Positions 7,659-18,431 of a stretch of 59,764 nucleotides of DNA are shown here, piece after piece (the first letter of the stretch is position 1; each line of letters starts with the position of its first letter). The position numbers were made by a program, and so were the translations under genes. Under the pieces are notes generated by a model. It had not been told where the DNA came from. It did no database searches and saw nothing but the letters and a program-made list of their open reading frames with translations. Source of the stretch: Solirubrobacteraceae bacterium (lineage in GTDB: Bacteria; Actinomycetota; Thermoleophilia; Solirubrobacterales; Solirubrobacteraceae); contig DATDKF010000003.1 in assembly GCA_036520135.1 (NCBI GenBank), forward strand, positions 1 to 59,764, written 5' to 3'.

Positions 7659-7700
7659 CCGGCGCCGCCAACGAACTTCGGCTGGGTAAGGAGGCTGGGG

Positions 7701-7781
7701 GATCGGCCGGGTCGGCGGTCCATGGCGAGTTGACCTTCGTATGGCAGGCAAACTCGCCAGAGGCCGACCGACGCGGCCGAT
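7701..7781. terminator. Compound hairpin between convergent genes (possible bidirectional terminator or structured RNA)
   Basis: The inner stem is a perfect 9 bp (TGGCGAGTT 7723-7731 with AACTCGCCA 7751-7759). The outer stem pairs about 13 of 14 positions (7702-7715 with 7768-7781). There is no U-tract. Confidence 0.35.
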
Positions 7782-7824
7782 GCCCTCATTCCCCTACCCA
7801 GCCGCAGTTGACGTTCGCCACGCG

Positions 7825-8678
<854 letters not shown>

Positions 8679-8682
<4 letters not shown>

Positions 8683-9476
8683 GACGCGACCGCGTACCGC
8701 TCGATCGCTTCCCGTCGCCATCGCTCGGTGCGCTCGAGCTCGTTGAACGTGAAGACGTGCAGCCCCGCGATGTTCGCGGCCGGGTCCTTCCACAGCGGCT
8801 CGAGCCGGCGCATCAGCGGCTCGGGGCTGAACGTCCGCGTGACCAGGCGCTTGAGCCACGCCCGGTGCGCGCGCAGGAATCGCGCCGACTCGCCGAGGCC
8901 GATCTTCATCGACACCCGCAGGAGCTTCGAGTTGTCGATGATCCCCGGCACGCCGATCCAGATCGGCAGCGTCGTGCCGCGCTCGCGGACCGCGCCCACC
9001 CACCACGCGATCGTCTCCGGGTCGAAGCAGATCTGGCTGACGATGTAGCTCGCCATCGGCGCCTTCTCGAACATCGCCGAGATCGTCGTCTCGTCGTCGA
9101 TGAAGTGGTGGCTCTCCGGGTAGCCGGTGATGCCGAGCTCGCTGAGGTGGCGCCCGCGCAGCGCCCGCAGCAGCGACGCCGCGTCCTCGAACTGGCCGGC
9201 CTCGACGGCGTCGCCGGCCGGGACGAATGCCTCGTGCACGCCCGCCGCCTCGAGTCGCGCGACGATCTCGTCCAGGTGGGCCGGGTCGCGGACCAGCCGC
9301 GCCGACAGGTGCGGCACGACCTGGTAGCCCTCGCCGGCCAGGCGCTCGGTGACCGAGAGTGTGGCCTCGAGGCCGCGCGAGGGCGACGCGGTCACCGTCA
9401 CCTTCACCTCGCGCGGCACGTGCGCGAGGACCTGGTCCTCGATGCCGTCGATCGGGATGACCTCGTAGCGGATCAC
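8679..9476 (-). CDS. metF: Methylenetetrahydrofolate reductase (MetF/MTHFR family)
   Basis: This is the C-terminal 265 aa of track ORF 8679..10778, with [25 protein letters not shown] and GLHVFTFN motifs. GTG 9476 forms a GTGA overlap with the GMC oxidoreductase stop. Confidence 0.85.
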
Positions 9477-11095
9477 GCCGCCGGGCGCTCCAGCTTGTAG
9501 AAGCCCGCGGTGGAGGGCGGCAGCGGCGTGTCGCCGCGGATCAGGTCGGCGGCCTTCTCGGCGACCATCATCGTCGGCGCGTAGATGTTCGCGTTGGTGA
9601 CGAACGGGAACACCGACGCGTCCACCACGCGCAGGCCGTCGACGCCGCGCAAGCGCATCGTCGCCGGGTCGACGACGGTGCCCATCGCGCACGTGCACGA
9701 GGGGTGCAGCGCGGTCTCGGCGTCGCGCCGCACCCACTCGAGGATCTGCTCGTCGCTGTCCACCTGCGGGCCGGGCGACAGCTCGCCGCCGTCGAGCTCG
9801 GCGAACGCCGGCTGGGCGAGGATGTCGCGCGCGCAGCGGATCGCCTCGACCCACTCGCGCCGGTCGTTCGGTGTCGACAGGTAGTTGAAGCGCAGCGCCG
9901 GGTGGCGGCGCGGATCGGTCGAGGTGATCTTCACCGAGCCGCGGACGTCGGCGTACATCGGGCCGACGTGGAACTGGTAGCCGTGCTCGGCGCCGGGCTT
10001 GCTGCCGTCGTAGCGCACGGCGAGCGGCAGGAAGTGGAACATCAGGTTCGGGTAGGCGACCTTGTCGTTGGAGCGCACGAAGCCGCCCGCCTCGAAGTGG
10101 TTGGTCGCGCCCGGCCCGCGGCGCGCGAACAGCCACCGCGCGCCGACCATCGGCCGGTTGCGCCACTTCAGCGCGGGCTGCGCCGACACCGGCTGCATGC
10201 ACGCGTGCTGGACGTAGACCTCGAGGTGGTCCTGCAGGTTCTCGCCGACGTCCGGCAGGTCGGCGACGGCCTTCACGCCGAGCGCGGACAGCTCGCGCGC
10301 GTTGCCGACGCCGGACAGCTGCAGCAGCTGCGGCGAGTTGATCGCCCCGCCGCAGAGGATGATCTCGTTCCCGCGCGCCACGCCGTCGCCCACCCGCACG
10401 CCGACCGCGCGGCTGCCCTCGAACACGATCTTCGAGACGAGGCGGCGGGTGACGACGCTGAGGTTGGGGCGGCGCCGCACCGGGTGCAGGTACGCGCGCG
10501 CCGCGCTCCAGCGGCGCCCGCGCTTGATGTTGCGGTCGAACGGCGCGAAGCCCTCCTGCTTGTAGCCGTTGACGTCGGTCGTGAGCGGGTGGCCGGCCTG
10601 CTGCACCGCCGCGAACAGCGCGTCGAATAGCGGGCCGCGCGCAGGGCCGCGCTCCAGCCACAGCGGCCCGTCGCCGCCGCGCCACTCGTCGGCGCCCGCC
10701 CTGCAGGTCTCCATCCGCTTGAAGTACGGCAGGCAATGCGCGTAGTCCCACGCCTCCAGCCCGGGCACGCGCGCCCACTTCTCGAAGTCCATCGGGTTGC
10801 CGCGCTGGAAGATCATCCCGTTGATCGAGCTCGAGCCGCCGAGCACCTTGCCGCGCGCGTGGTAGATCCGCCGCCCGCCCATCTGCGGCTCCGGCTCGGA
10901 CTCGTACTTCCAGTCGTAGAAGCGGCTGCCGATCGGGAACGGCAGCGCCGCCGGCATGTGGATGAAGACGTCCCCGATCCAGTCCGTCCGCCCCGCCTCG
11001 AGCACGAGCACCTGCGTCGACGGGTCCTCGCTGAGCCGGTTCGCCAGCACGCAGCCGGCCGAGCCGCCGCCGACGATCACGTAGTCGTAGATCAC
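9473..11095 (-). CDS. GMC-family FAD oxidoreductase, choline dehydrogenase (BetA)-like
   Basis: 540 aa with N-terminal [20 protein letters not shown] and GMC signature regions. The GTG start forms a GTGA overlap with the GntR stop. Confidence 0.9.
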   Translation of the reverse strand: MIYDYVIVGGGSAGCVLANRLSEDPSTQVLVLEAGRTDWIGDVFIHMPAALPFPIGSRFYDWKYESEPEPQMGGRRIYHARGKVLGGSSSINGMIFQRGNPMDFEKWARVPGLEAWDYAHCLPYFKRMETCRAGADEWRGGDGPLWLERGPARGPLFDALFAAVQQAGHPLTTDVNGYKQEGFAPFDRNIKRGRRWSAARAYLHPVRRRPNLSVVTRRLVSKIVFEGSRAVGVRVGDGVARGNEIILCGGAINSPQLLQLSGVGNARELSALGVKAVADLPDVGENLQDHLEVYVQHACMQPVSAQPALKWRNRPMVGARWLFARRGPGATNHFEAGGFVRSNDKVAYPNLMFHFLPLAVRYDGSKPGAEHGYQFHVGPMYADVRGSVKITSTDPRRHPALRFNYLSTPNDRREWVEAIRCARDILAQPAFAELDGGELSPGPQVDSDEQILEWVRRDAETALHPSCTCAMGTVVDPATMRLRGVDGLRVVDASVFPFVTNANIYAPTMMVAEKAADLIRGDTPLPPSTAGFYKLERPAA

Positions 11096-11748
11096 AACAC
11101 GCCCCGGATCTCGCTCTCGAACGTCGCCACGTGCTCGGCGGCGATCGCCCGCGCGCCGTCGGCGTCGCCGGCGCGGATCGCGTGCAGCAGCTCGCTGTGC
11201 TCGTGCACGCGCTCGAACAGGTGCGGTAGGCGGCCGAGCACGAGGTACCAGATCCGCAGCGACAGGTTGAGGTAGTGCTCGAGCGTGTTGCGTAGGTACG
11301 GGTTGGCCGCGCAGCGGTAGACGAAGCGGTGGATGCGGGCGTCGAGCCCCATCAGCGCGTCGGCGTCGCTCCGCGGCTGCTCGATCTCGGCCACCAGCGC
11401 GTCGAGCTCCTCGCGCTGCGCCGCCGTCAGCCGCTGCGCCGCGCGGTAGGCCGCGTGGCCCTCGAGCTGCACCCGCACGTCGGAGATGTGCGCGAGGTCG
11501 GTGATGTTGATCTCGGTGACGAACGTGCCGCGCCGCGGGTAGACGGCGACGAGGTTCTCGAGCGCGAGGCGCTTGATCGCCTCGCGCAGGGGCGTCCGCC
11601 CGAGCCCGAGCTCGCGCCCCAGCGACTCCTCGTTGATCGGCGCGCCCGGGGGGATCGTCAGCGTGACGATCTGGTCCCGCAGCTCCACGTAGGCGCGGTC
11701 GGCGAGCAGCTCGCCCGCTCCCGACCGCGCCCCGGTGGCAGCGCTCAC
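11092..11748 (-). CDS. GntR/FadR-family transcriptional regulator (paralog of 7017..7658)
   Basis: Contains [25 protein letters not shown]. It is clearly collinear with and similar to the other GntR by eye. The start is the internal GTG 11748, 2 nt after the permease stop. Confidence 0.85.
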   Translation of the reverse strand: MSAATGARSGAGELLADRAYVELRDQIVTLTIPPGAPINEESLGRELGLGRTPLREAIKRLALENLVAVYPRRGTFVTEINITDLAHISDVRVQLEGHAAYRAAQRLTAAQREELDALVAEIEQPRSDADALMGLDARIHRFVYRCAANPYLRNTLEHYLNLSLRIWYLVLGRLPHLFERVHEHSELLHAIRAGDADGARAIAAEHVATFESEIRGVL

Positions 11749-11750
11749 CG

Positions 11751-13370
11751 CTACTCCGCGGGAATCTCCCCGTAGGACATCGACAGATCCATCCCCTGCC
11801 GACGCCGGTACAGCCTCGAGCTCACGAAGATCGCGAGCGCGAGCGCGTATAGGGCGCCCATGAAGATCAGCGAGCCGCCGTCGTTGATCCCGTAGATGTC
11901 GTCTTGGAGCCACTTGAAGAGGCAGAACACCAGGAACACGATGAACAGGCTCGCCGCGAAGGTGATGAGCGGGATGCCGGCCACCCTGTACTTGGCGATC
12001 GGCGATGCGTTGTAGATCTCAGGCTTGCGCCAGGGCAAGATCGCGGCCGCGACCGTCGACCCCAGGAACGTGACTGCGATGACGAGCGTCGCATCGAGAG
12101 TGTACGTCTGGAAGTCGGTGCTGTAGGCGTACAACGCGGCGATCCCGAGCGACGGCACGAGCATGAGCAGCAGCGCCACGTACGGCACGCCGTTGCGGTT
12201 GACCTTCGCGACGCCCTCGGGCAGGACGCGGTCGAACGCGGCGGCGAAGACCACGCGCGTCGAGGACAGGAACACGGTTCCGACCCAGCCGAAGAACCAC
12301 AGCGAGAGCACGGCGACGAGCAGGAACTGCAGCACCGGACTGCCGAAAAACGACGCGGCCAGCAGGCCTGGGTACGGCCAGACGCCGGTCGGGATCGTGC
12401 CCGCCCAGAACGCGTTGTTGGCGGCGTTGTAGAAATCCCAGCCGAACGTCTTCGAGAAGAGCAGGAACAGCACGACCGCAGCGATCGACGTCGCGAGCAG
12501 CGCGCCGAACATGGCCCGGATGTTCTGACGGAAGTCGGACGCCCCGCGGACCTCGCCGTAGAGCGTCGCGCCCCAGTTCGACCACAGGTTGAAGAACGCC
12601 ATCATCGGGACCAGCAGGAACGTCGCGCCGACCGCGAACCCGCTCACATCGGCCGGCGAGAAGTCCTTCAGACCGGCGTCCAGGGTCGCCTGATAGGCGT
12701 TGTCGACCCCGTAGAGGTCCTTCGACTGCTCGTTGAAGTTCGAGATGAAGCTCGTCTTGGAGTTGACGAGCAGCAGCACGATCATCACGGCCAAGCCGAT
12801 GAGGCCGCCGTAGAAGCAGACCTTCTGGATCTTCGAGTACGTGCGCATCCCCAGGGCGATGAAGCCCGACGCGAGGAGCGCGGTTATCACCGACGAGACG
12901 AAGATGCCGTCGTTACCGCTCCAGAACGTCACCGCGCTGTCCCAGCCGATGATCGCGCACAGCGGCCCGAGCACCTCGACGTTGAGGATGTTGGCGTAGA
13001 TCGGGACCCAAAGCCAGAGGATGAACCACCAGCCTGTCACGGCCAGCACGAAGCCGATGCCGCCGCCGAGCACGCGGCTGGTCCAGACGTAGTCTCCGCC
13101 CGCGCGCGGCATGGCGGCGATCAGGGACGCGTAGGTGATGGCCTGCACGACCAGATAGAGACCCGCGAGCAGCACCGCGAACAGCAGGCTGCCGTCCGGG
13201 ATAAACGGGGCGTAGCCGAAGATGTACAGCCCGAGCGTCACCAGGTTGATCGAGAACGCGGCGTAGATGAACGCGTCGCGCGTCGACCACCCGCGGACGA
13301 GGCCAGTCGCCTTGCGTACGAAGACGGTGCGTTCGGCCGCGTCTCCCGCACCTGTTGAAACTGTTGCCAT
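11751..13370 (-). CDS. APC-superfamily amino acid/organocation permease
   Basis: 539 aa with more than 12 hydrophobic segments and an APC-like pattern (PRAGGDYVW). A GAGGAGG Shine-Dalgarno sequence lies 7 nt upstream of the ATG. Confidence 0.9.
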   Translation of the reverse strand: MATVSTGAGDAAERTVFVRKATGLVRGWSTRDAFIYAAFSINLVTLGLYIFGYAPFIPDGSLLFAVLLAGLYLVVQAITYASLIAAMPRAGGDYVWTSRVLGGGIGFVLAVTGWWFILWLWVPIYANILNVEVLGPLCAIIGWDSAVTFWSGNDGIFVSSVITALLASGFIALGMRTYSKIQKVCFYGGLIGLAVMIVLLLVNSKTSFISNFNEQSKDLYGVDNAYQATLDAGLKDFSPADVSGFAVGATFLLVPMMAFFNLWSNWGATLYGEVRGASDFRQNIRAMFGALLATSIAAVVLFLLFSKTFGWDFYNAANNAFWAGTIPTGVWPYPGLLAASFFGSPVLQFLLVAVLSLWFFGWVGTVFLSSTRVVFAAAFDRVLPEGVAKVNRNGVPYVALLLMLVPSLGIAALYAYSTDFQTYTLDATLVIAVTFLGSTVAAAILPWRKPEIYNASPIAKYRVAGIPLITFAASLFIVFLVFCLFKWLQDDIYGINDGGSLIFMGALYALALAIFVSSRLYRRRQGMDLSMSYGEIPAE

Positions 13371-13412
13371 GTTCTGACTCCTCCTCGTGGCTCCGGTCCG
13401 CCCGCGGCCTTC

Positions 13413-14357
13413 CTAGCCGCTGGTCAGCACGAAGTTCTTCACCTTCTTCTTCTTGGCGTCGAGATCGATCACGACGCCGAGCAGCTGGCCCTGCTCGTAG
13501 GAGCTGCCGGGGTTGATGCACAGCGTGCGGCCGAGCCGATGCGTGCCGCGCGCCTCGTGGATGTGCCCATGCAGCGCGAGCGCGGGCTGGTGGCGCTCGA
13601 TCGCCTCACGCACCGCCGTCGAGCCGACCGGCACGGTCGCGCGGCCCGCGTCCTTGAGGCTCATGTCTGCGGTCAGCTGTGGAGCGTCGTCAAGGCCGGT
13701 GTTGTGGGGCGGGCAGTGCAGGCTGAAGATCGTGCATTCGGGCTCGACCGTGACGTCGGCCAGCATCCGCTCGATGCGCTCGAGCAGCACGTCCTCGTCC
13801 TCCTCGCGGTAGGTGTCCCACGGCGTGCGGTTGGCCCATCCGCTGGACGCCATCTGGAAGTCGCCGAGGTCGACAACGCGGCCCTCCCCCAGCTCCACCG
13901 TCTTCGCGTCGGCGACCACCGCGTCGACCTCGAGCTGGTCGTCGTTGCCCGGGCATACGAAGACGCGGATGCCGGTTCCGGCGAGCCGCTCGTCCGCCAT
14001 TGCCATCCAGCGCTCGACCGTGGCGAGCATGTGCTCCTCGAACAGCGCGTGCCAGCGGGGCTCGTCCGCCGAGAGCTCGCGAAGCTCGTCCTGCGTGGTC
14101 CGGAACGGGTAGTAGCCGCGGCGCTGGACCGCCGCCTCGAACTGGGCGAGCTCGTCCTCGCCGTTCAGCGTCTCGCGGTTCTCGAGGAGCGTGGCGTGCC
14201 AGTGGCCGCCGCCGTCGTCGATGATCGGGATCAGCGCCTTGCCGGTCATGTCGCCGCCGAGCACCACGACGTCGGCCTTGTAGTGGGCTCCGCTGTTGAG
14301 GAACTTCTTCCAGCACACTTCAGAGCCGTGGATATCCGTCGCGAAGAACATCCGCAT
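13413..14357 (-). CDS. Metallophosphoesterase (calcineurin-like) family protein
   Basis: This is the real 314 aa of track ORF 13413..14651, with DIHG, GGDMTG, GNDD, LHCPPH and HGHIHE metal-ligand motifs. The ATG at 14357 lies 4 nt after the upstream stop. Confidence 0.85.
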   Translation of the reverse strand: MRMFFATDIHGSEVCWKKFLNSGAHYKADVVVLGGDMTGKALIPIIDDGGGHWHATLLENRETLNGEDELAQFEAAVQRRGYYPFRTTQDELRELSADEPRWHALFEEHMLATVERWMAMADERLAGTGIRVFVCPGNDDQLEVDAVVADAKTVELGEGRVVDLGDFQMASSGWANRTPWDTYREEDEDVLLERIERMLADVTVEPECTIFSLHCPPHNTGLDDAPQLTADMSLKDAGRATVPVGSTAVREAIERHQPALALHGHIHEARGTHRLGRTLCINPGSSYEQGQLLGVVIDLDAKKKKVKNFVLTSG

Positions 14358-14361
14358 CCGA

Positions 14362-15108
14362 CTACTCCACCTCCTCCGGCAGCTCGTACCAGCGCTTCTT
14401 GTCCCCGACCTTCGCCCGCCGCCGCCAGCCGCGGCTCTTGGGCTCGTCCTCGATCCGCCGCAGGAGCTCGTCGAAGCGCGCCTCGATGCGCTCGCGGTCG
14501 CCGACGGGGAGGTCGTAGTCGCCGACATGGCCGCGGCAGCGCTCGAGATTCGCGGTGATCGTGCGCCACAGCCCCCAGTCGTCGGCGCACAGCGCGGCGA
14601 TCTGCGCGCCGTTGACGGCGCCGTTGTCGTGGTCCGCGATCGGATGCCCATGGAACAGCAGCACCGTGTCGCGGATGTCCTTCTCGTTGACCTCGATGAT
14701 CTGGAGCTTGGTGAGCATCAGCTCCGCCAGTGGCACCGTCTGGGTCTCGACCTCCAGCCGCTTGCCGAGCGGGATCTCGTGGCACATCCGGAACGCGTCG
14801 ATGAAGAGGTCGACCTGGCGGCCGTTGGCCTCGTCGTAGTAGAGCCCTCGCTCACGGGCGTGCATGGCGTTGAAGGCGACGTGCGGCTCGTATCCGGCGT
14901 TGCGCAGCAGCTTGTCGGCCGCTCCGCCGCCCTTCTTCGTCACGGCGAAGTCGATGTCCTTGTACTCGCGCGTGAGCGCGGCCGGCACGTCGGTCGCCTT
15001 CAGCCGCACCGCCACCCCGCCCAACAGCCGCAGCGGCACCCCCTCCTGCTCGGCGATCCCGAGCAGGCGCTCGCCCTCGGAGACGATGTCCTCGAGGATG
15101 TCGCTCAT
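14362..15108 (-). CDS. Hypothetical protein with nucleotidyltransferase-fold-like N-terminus
   Basis: 248 aa. LRLLGGVAVRL...YKDIDFAV resembles the G[GS]...D.D minimal NTase signature. It has a helical C-terminal half and a basic tail. The function is not assignable. Confidence 0.7.
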   Translation of the reverse strand: MSDILEDIVSEGERLLGIAEQEGVPLRLLGGVAVRLKATDVPAALTREYKDIDFAVTKKGGGAADKLLRNAGYEPHVAFNAMHARERGLYYDEANGRQVDLFIDAFRMCHEIPLGKRLEVETQTVPLAELMLTKLQIIEVNEKDIRDTVLLFHGHPIADHDNGAVNGAQIAALCADDWGLWRTITANLERCRGHVGDYDLPVGDRERIEARFDELLRRIEDEPKSRGWRRRAKVGDKKRWYELPEEVE

Positions 15109-15189
15109 TGGCTACCGACCCTTGGATGCAACTGGAATTCGACTTATATATCGTCGGTTCCCGAACGGCAAGCCGAGAGAGAGGGCTCG
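15109..15189. promoter_or_regulatory. Divergent intergenic region with AT-rich island TTATATAT (15144-15151)
   Basis: This is the only AT-rich patch between the divergent NTase-like and ALDH genes. The purine-rich stretch AGAGAGAGGG precedes the ALDH ATG. Confidence 0.3.
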
Positions 15190-16632
15190 ATGACGCTCAC
15201 CCGCATGTTCGTCGGCGGCGACTGGCGCGCGGCGCTGGACGGAGCGGAGGACCGCGCGTCCAGCCCGGCGACGGGCGAGGACCTCGGCGCCGTCGCCAAG
15301 GGCGACCGCGAGGACGCGCGGCAGGCGATCGCGGCCGCCGCCAAGGCGTTCCCCGGCTGGGCGGCGGAGACCGCGTTCGCGCGCGCTGCGGCGCTGCACC
15401 GCGTGGCCGACGCGTGCGCGCGCCGGCGTGACGAGCTGGCCCGCGCGTGCACGCTCGACCAGGGAAAGCCGCTCCACTCCGAGTCGTACGACGAGGTCGA
15501 CGAGCTGATCGCCATGTGGCGCGCGGCGGCCGAGGACGGCATCCGGCTCGAGGGCTCGATCCCCAACAGCTCGACGCCGGGGGCGCGCGTGCTGCTGATG
15601 CGGCGCCCGCTCGGCGCGGTCGCGGTCGTGACGCCGTGGAACTGGCCGTACACGATGCCGGCCGAGATCGTCGCCCCGGCGCTCGCCACCGGCAACACCG
15701 TCGTGTGGACGCCGGCGCCGAGCACGGCGGTCTGCTCCGGGCTGTTGACGGAGTGCGTGGCGGACGCCGACCTCCCCCCGGGCGTGTTCAACTTCGTGCT
15801 CGGTCCGGGCCCGGTGGTCGGCGACGAGCTGGTGGCGAACCCGGGGACGGCGGCGGTCGGCTTCATCGGCTCCACCGCGACCGGCCGGCGGATCGCCGAG
15901 CGCGCGGCCGGCAAGACGCTGCTGCTGGAGATGGGCGGCAACGGACCGCTGGTGGTGCTGGACGGCGCCGACGTCGACGCGGCCGCCGCGGCGGCCATCA
16001 GCGCGTGCTTCCTTTGCGCCGGCCAGAGCTGCACGGCGGGCGAGCGGCTACTCGTGCACGAGCGCGTCCGCGACGAGTTCGTCGAGCGCCTGGCCGGCAA
16101 GGTCGCCGACGAGGTGCGGCTCGGCGACCCGTTCGCGGCCGAGACGACGATGGGCCCGCTCAACAACGAGCCGGTGGCGGCGAAGATGGACGCGCACGTC
16201 GAGGACGCGGTCGAGCGCGGCGCGACCGTGGTGGCGGGCGGCGCCCGCGACGGCGGCTTCCCGACGCCGCTCTACTGGCAGGCGACGATTCTCGACGGCG
16301 TGAGCCCCGACGCCGAGGCCGCGCGCGAAGAGACGTTCGGCCCGATCGCCCCGATCGTGCCCGTCGGCTCGCTCGAGCGGGCGATCGAGCTCACCAACGC
16401 CTCACCGTACGGGCTGCTGGCGGCGATCTTCACCGGCGACGTGATGGACGGCCTGCGGTTCGCGGACCAGGTCCACACCGGCCTCGTGAACATCAACGAG
16501 ACCACGAACTACTGGGAGAACCACCTGCCGTTCGGCGGCCGCGCGGGCACCGCCAGCGGTACCGGCCGCGTCGGCGGCCGGCACGCGCTGGAGCGCCTGA
16601 CGGAGCTTCAGACGATCGTCATCGGCGCCTAG
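15190..16632 (+). CDS. Aldehyde dehydrogenase family protein (betaine-aldehyde dehydrogenase is a plausible role from context)
   Basis: This is the real 480 aa of track ORF 14296..16632, with the catalytic Glu region LLEMGGNGP and the Cys region FLCAGQSCTAGER. Confidence 0.92.
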   Translation: MTLTRMFVGGDWRAALDGAEDRASSPATGEDLGAVAKGDREDARQAIAAAAKAFPGWAAETAFARAAALHRVADACARRRDELARACTLDQGKPLHSESYDEVDELIAMWRAAAEDGIRLEGSIPNSSTPGARVLLMRRPLGAVAVVTPWNWPYTMPAEIVAPALATGNTVVWTPAPSTAVCSGLLTECVADADLPPGVFNFVLGPGPVVGDELVANPGTAAVGFIGSTATGRRIAERAAGKTLLLEMGGNGPLVVLDGADVDAAAAAAISACFLCAGQSCTAGERLLVHERVRDEFVERLAGKVADEVRLGDPFAAETTMGPLNNEPVAAKMDAHVEDAVERGATVVAGGARDGGFPTPLYWQATILDGVSPDAEAAREETFGPIAPIVPVGSLERAIELTNASPYGLLAAIFTGDVMDGLRFADQVHTGLVNINETTNYWENHLPFGGRAGTASGTGRVGGRHALERLTELQTIVIGA

Positions 16633-17573
16633 GCGGCCGCAGCCGTGGCCATCCGGTACTGCTGCGGGCTCACGCCGCGCACGCGCTTGAACGCGGTCGA
16701 GAACGCGAACGGCGTGCCGTAGCCGACCTGCTGCGCGACCGCGCCGACCGTCGTGCCCGGCTCGCGCAGCAGGTCGGACGCCAGGGCGATCCGCCAGCCG
16801 GTGAGGAAGCTCATCGGCGGCTCGCCGACGAGCTCCTGGAAGCGGCGGGCGAGCGTCGCCCTCGACACGCCGGCCTCGTGCGCCAGCCGCGCCACCGTCC
16901 ACGGGTGGGCGGGGTTGTGGTGGAGCATCCGCAGCGCGCGGCCGACGACCGGATCGGCGTTGGCCCGATACCAGGCCGGCGCCTCGGCGTCGGGCCGCGC
17001 GAACCAGGCACGCAGGACGGCGATCAGCAGCAGGTCGAGCAACCGGTCGAGCACCGCCTCCTGGCCCGGGTCGTCCTTGACGATCTCGGTCGCCAGCAGC
17101 GGGATGACCGGGCAGTCCCACTCGTCGTCGCGCAGCACGAGCAGCCGCGGGAGCGCCCGCAGCAGGCGCCCGCTCACCTCGCCGTCGAGGTGGTAGGTGC
17201 CGACGAGCATCACCGTCTCGCCGTCGGTCGAGTTGCCCCAGCTGCGAACGCCGAGGTCCATGCTCTGGACGAGCGGACGCCCGTCGCGCGTCTCGCAGCG
17301 CTGGCCGGGGTGGATGATGATGTCCGGCTCCGTGGCCGGGTCGTCGGCGACCGTGTAGTGGTCCGGCCCGAGCACGACCGCGACGTCGCCCGGCTCGAGC
17401 GCCACGGGCTCGCAGTCGTCGTGCCCGAGCCACGCGCTGCCGCGCACCATCGCCACGACGGTGAGCGGCTCCTCGTCGCGGATCCGCATCGACCACGGTG
17501 GGTCCATGACCGCGCGCAGGAGGAACGCCTCGCGGGCGCGGGGTCCGTCGAGCAGGCCGGCGATCGCATCCAT
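16629..17573 (-). CDS. AraC-family transcriptional regulator with N-terminal cupin-like sensor domain
   Basis: Starts at the internal ATG 17573 (MDAIAGLLDGPRAREAF...). The C-terminal HTH reads WTVARLAHEAGVSRATLARRFQ...GYGTPFAFSTAFKR. Confidence 0.88.
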   Translation of the reverse strand: MDAIAGLLDGPRAREAFLLRAVMDPPWSMRIRDEEPLTVVAMVRGSAWLGHDDCEPVALEPGDVAVVLGPDHYTVADDPATEPDIIIHPGQRCETRDGRPLVQSMDLGVRSWGNSTDGETVMLVGTYHLDGEVSGRLLRALPRLLVLRDDEWDCPVIPLLATEIVKDDPGQEAVLDRLLDLLLIAVLRAWFARPDAEAPAWYRANADPVVGRALRMLHHNPAHPWTVARLAHEAGVSRATLARRFQELVGEPPMSFLTGWRIALASDLLREPGTTVGAVAQQVGYGTPFAFSTAFKRVRGVSPQQYRMATAAAA

Positions 17574-17655
17574 ACGCGGGATGTTAGACGCTCGCGTATG
17601 ACATTGCATCTCTAGACCATGGACAGTCTCGATCTGCGCCGGTTGACTCCTGGTC

Positions 17656-18177
17656 ATGACGATCACTCCCGGCCAGACGCTCGAGAACCCGGTCACCGGC
17701 GAGCGCTTCACCTTCACCCACACCGCCGCATCCACCGGGGGCGAGCTGCTCGCGTTCGACTTCGCGCTGCGCCCCGGCGGCGCGGTGCCGATGCCGCACG
17801 TGCACCCGATCCAGACCGAGCGCTTCGAGGTCGTCGCCGGCCGCATGCGCTTCCGCGTCGGCCTGCGCACCCACATCGCCGAGCCCGGCGACGTGATCGA
17901 GGTCGAGCCCGGTGTCATGCACTCGTTCGCCAACGCGGGCGACGAGGAGGCGCGGCTGCGGATCGAGGTCCGCCCCGCGCTCGACATGGAGGACATGTTC
18001 GCCGAGGTGATCGCGATGGCGCAGGCGGGCCGGATGGGCCGCCGCGGGCTGCCGCGCAACCCGTTGACCCTCGCCAAGCTGGCGCGGCGCTACGACCGGG
18101 TCGCCCATGCACCGCTGCTCGGCGTCGCCGTGCAGCGCGCGCTGCTCGCTCCGCTCGTCGCCCTCAGCCCCCGCTGA
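17656..18177 (+). CDS. Cupin domain protein
   Basis: 173 aa with PHVHPIQTERFEVVAG and GVMHSFAN cupin motifs. Confidence 0.8.
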   Translation: MTITPGQTLENPVTGERFTFTHTAASTGGELLAFDFALRPGGAVPMPHVHPIQTERFEVVAGRMRFRVGLRTHIAEPGDVIEVEPGVMHSFANAGDEEARLRIEVRPALDMEDMFAEVIAMAQAGRMGRRGLPRNPLTLAKLARRYDRVAHAPLLGVAVQRALLAPLVALSPR

Positions 18178-18427
18178 TCGCCGCGATCACGTCGACGCGC
18201 GAGCCGGCGGCGAGCTCGGTGTCGAGCGCCGCGCGCTCGCGGTCGACGAAGACGTTGACGTGCGGGCGCAGGACCGGGCCTGGCTCGCACAAGCGGTCGC
18301 GCAGGCCCGGCCAGCGGTCGTCGAGCCGCGCGATCGCCTCGCCGACGGTCGCCGCTTCGACGTCGAGCCGGCGCGGCAGGTCCGCGAACAGCGGCGGCAG
18401 CGTCGGCGGGAGGTGCACGTCGGCCAT
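18164..18427 (-). CDS. MoaD/ThiS-family ubiquitin-like beta-grasp protein
   Basis: 87 aa starting at ATG 18427 and ending in ...VIAAISGG (C-terminal Gly-Gly). It lies 4 nt downstream of the propeller gene stop. Confidence 0.75.
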   Translation of the reverse strand: MADVHLPPTLPPLFADLPRRLDVEAATVGEAIARLDDRWPGLRDRLCEPGPVLRPHVNVFVDRERAALDTELAAGSRVDVIAAISGG

Positions 18428-18431
18428 CGCG

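Noticed and set aside
14362-15108. Calling the NTase-like protein an AbiEii toxin of a type IV toxin-antitoxin system
   Set aside because: The GG...DIDF resemblance is weak and made by eye. No AbiEi-like HTH antitoxin gene is adjacent; the partner is a phosphoesterase. It is kept as a hypothesis only.
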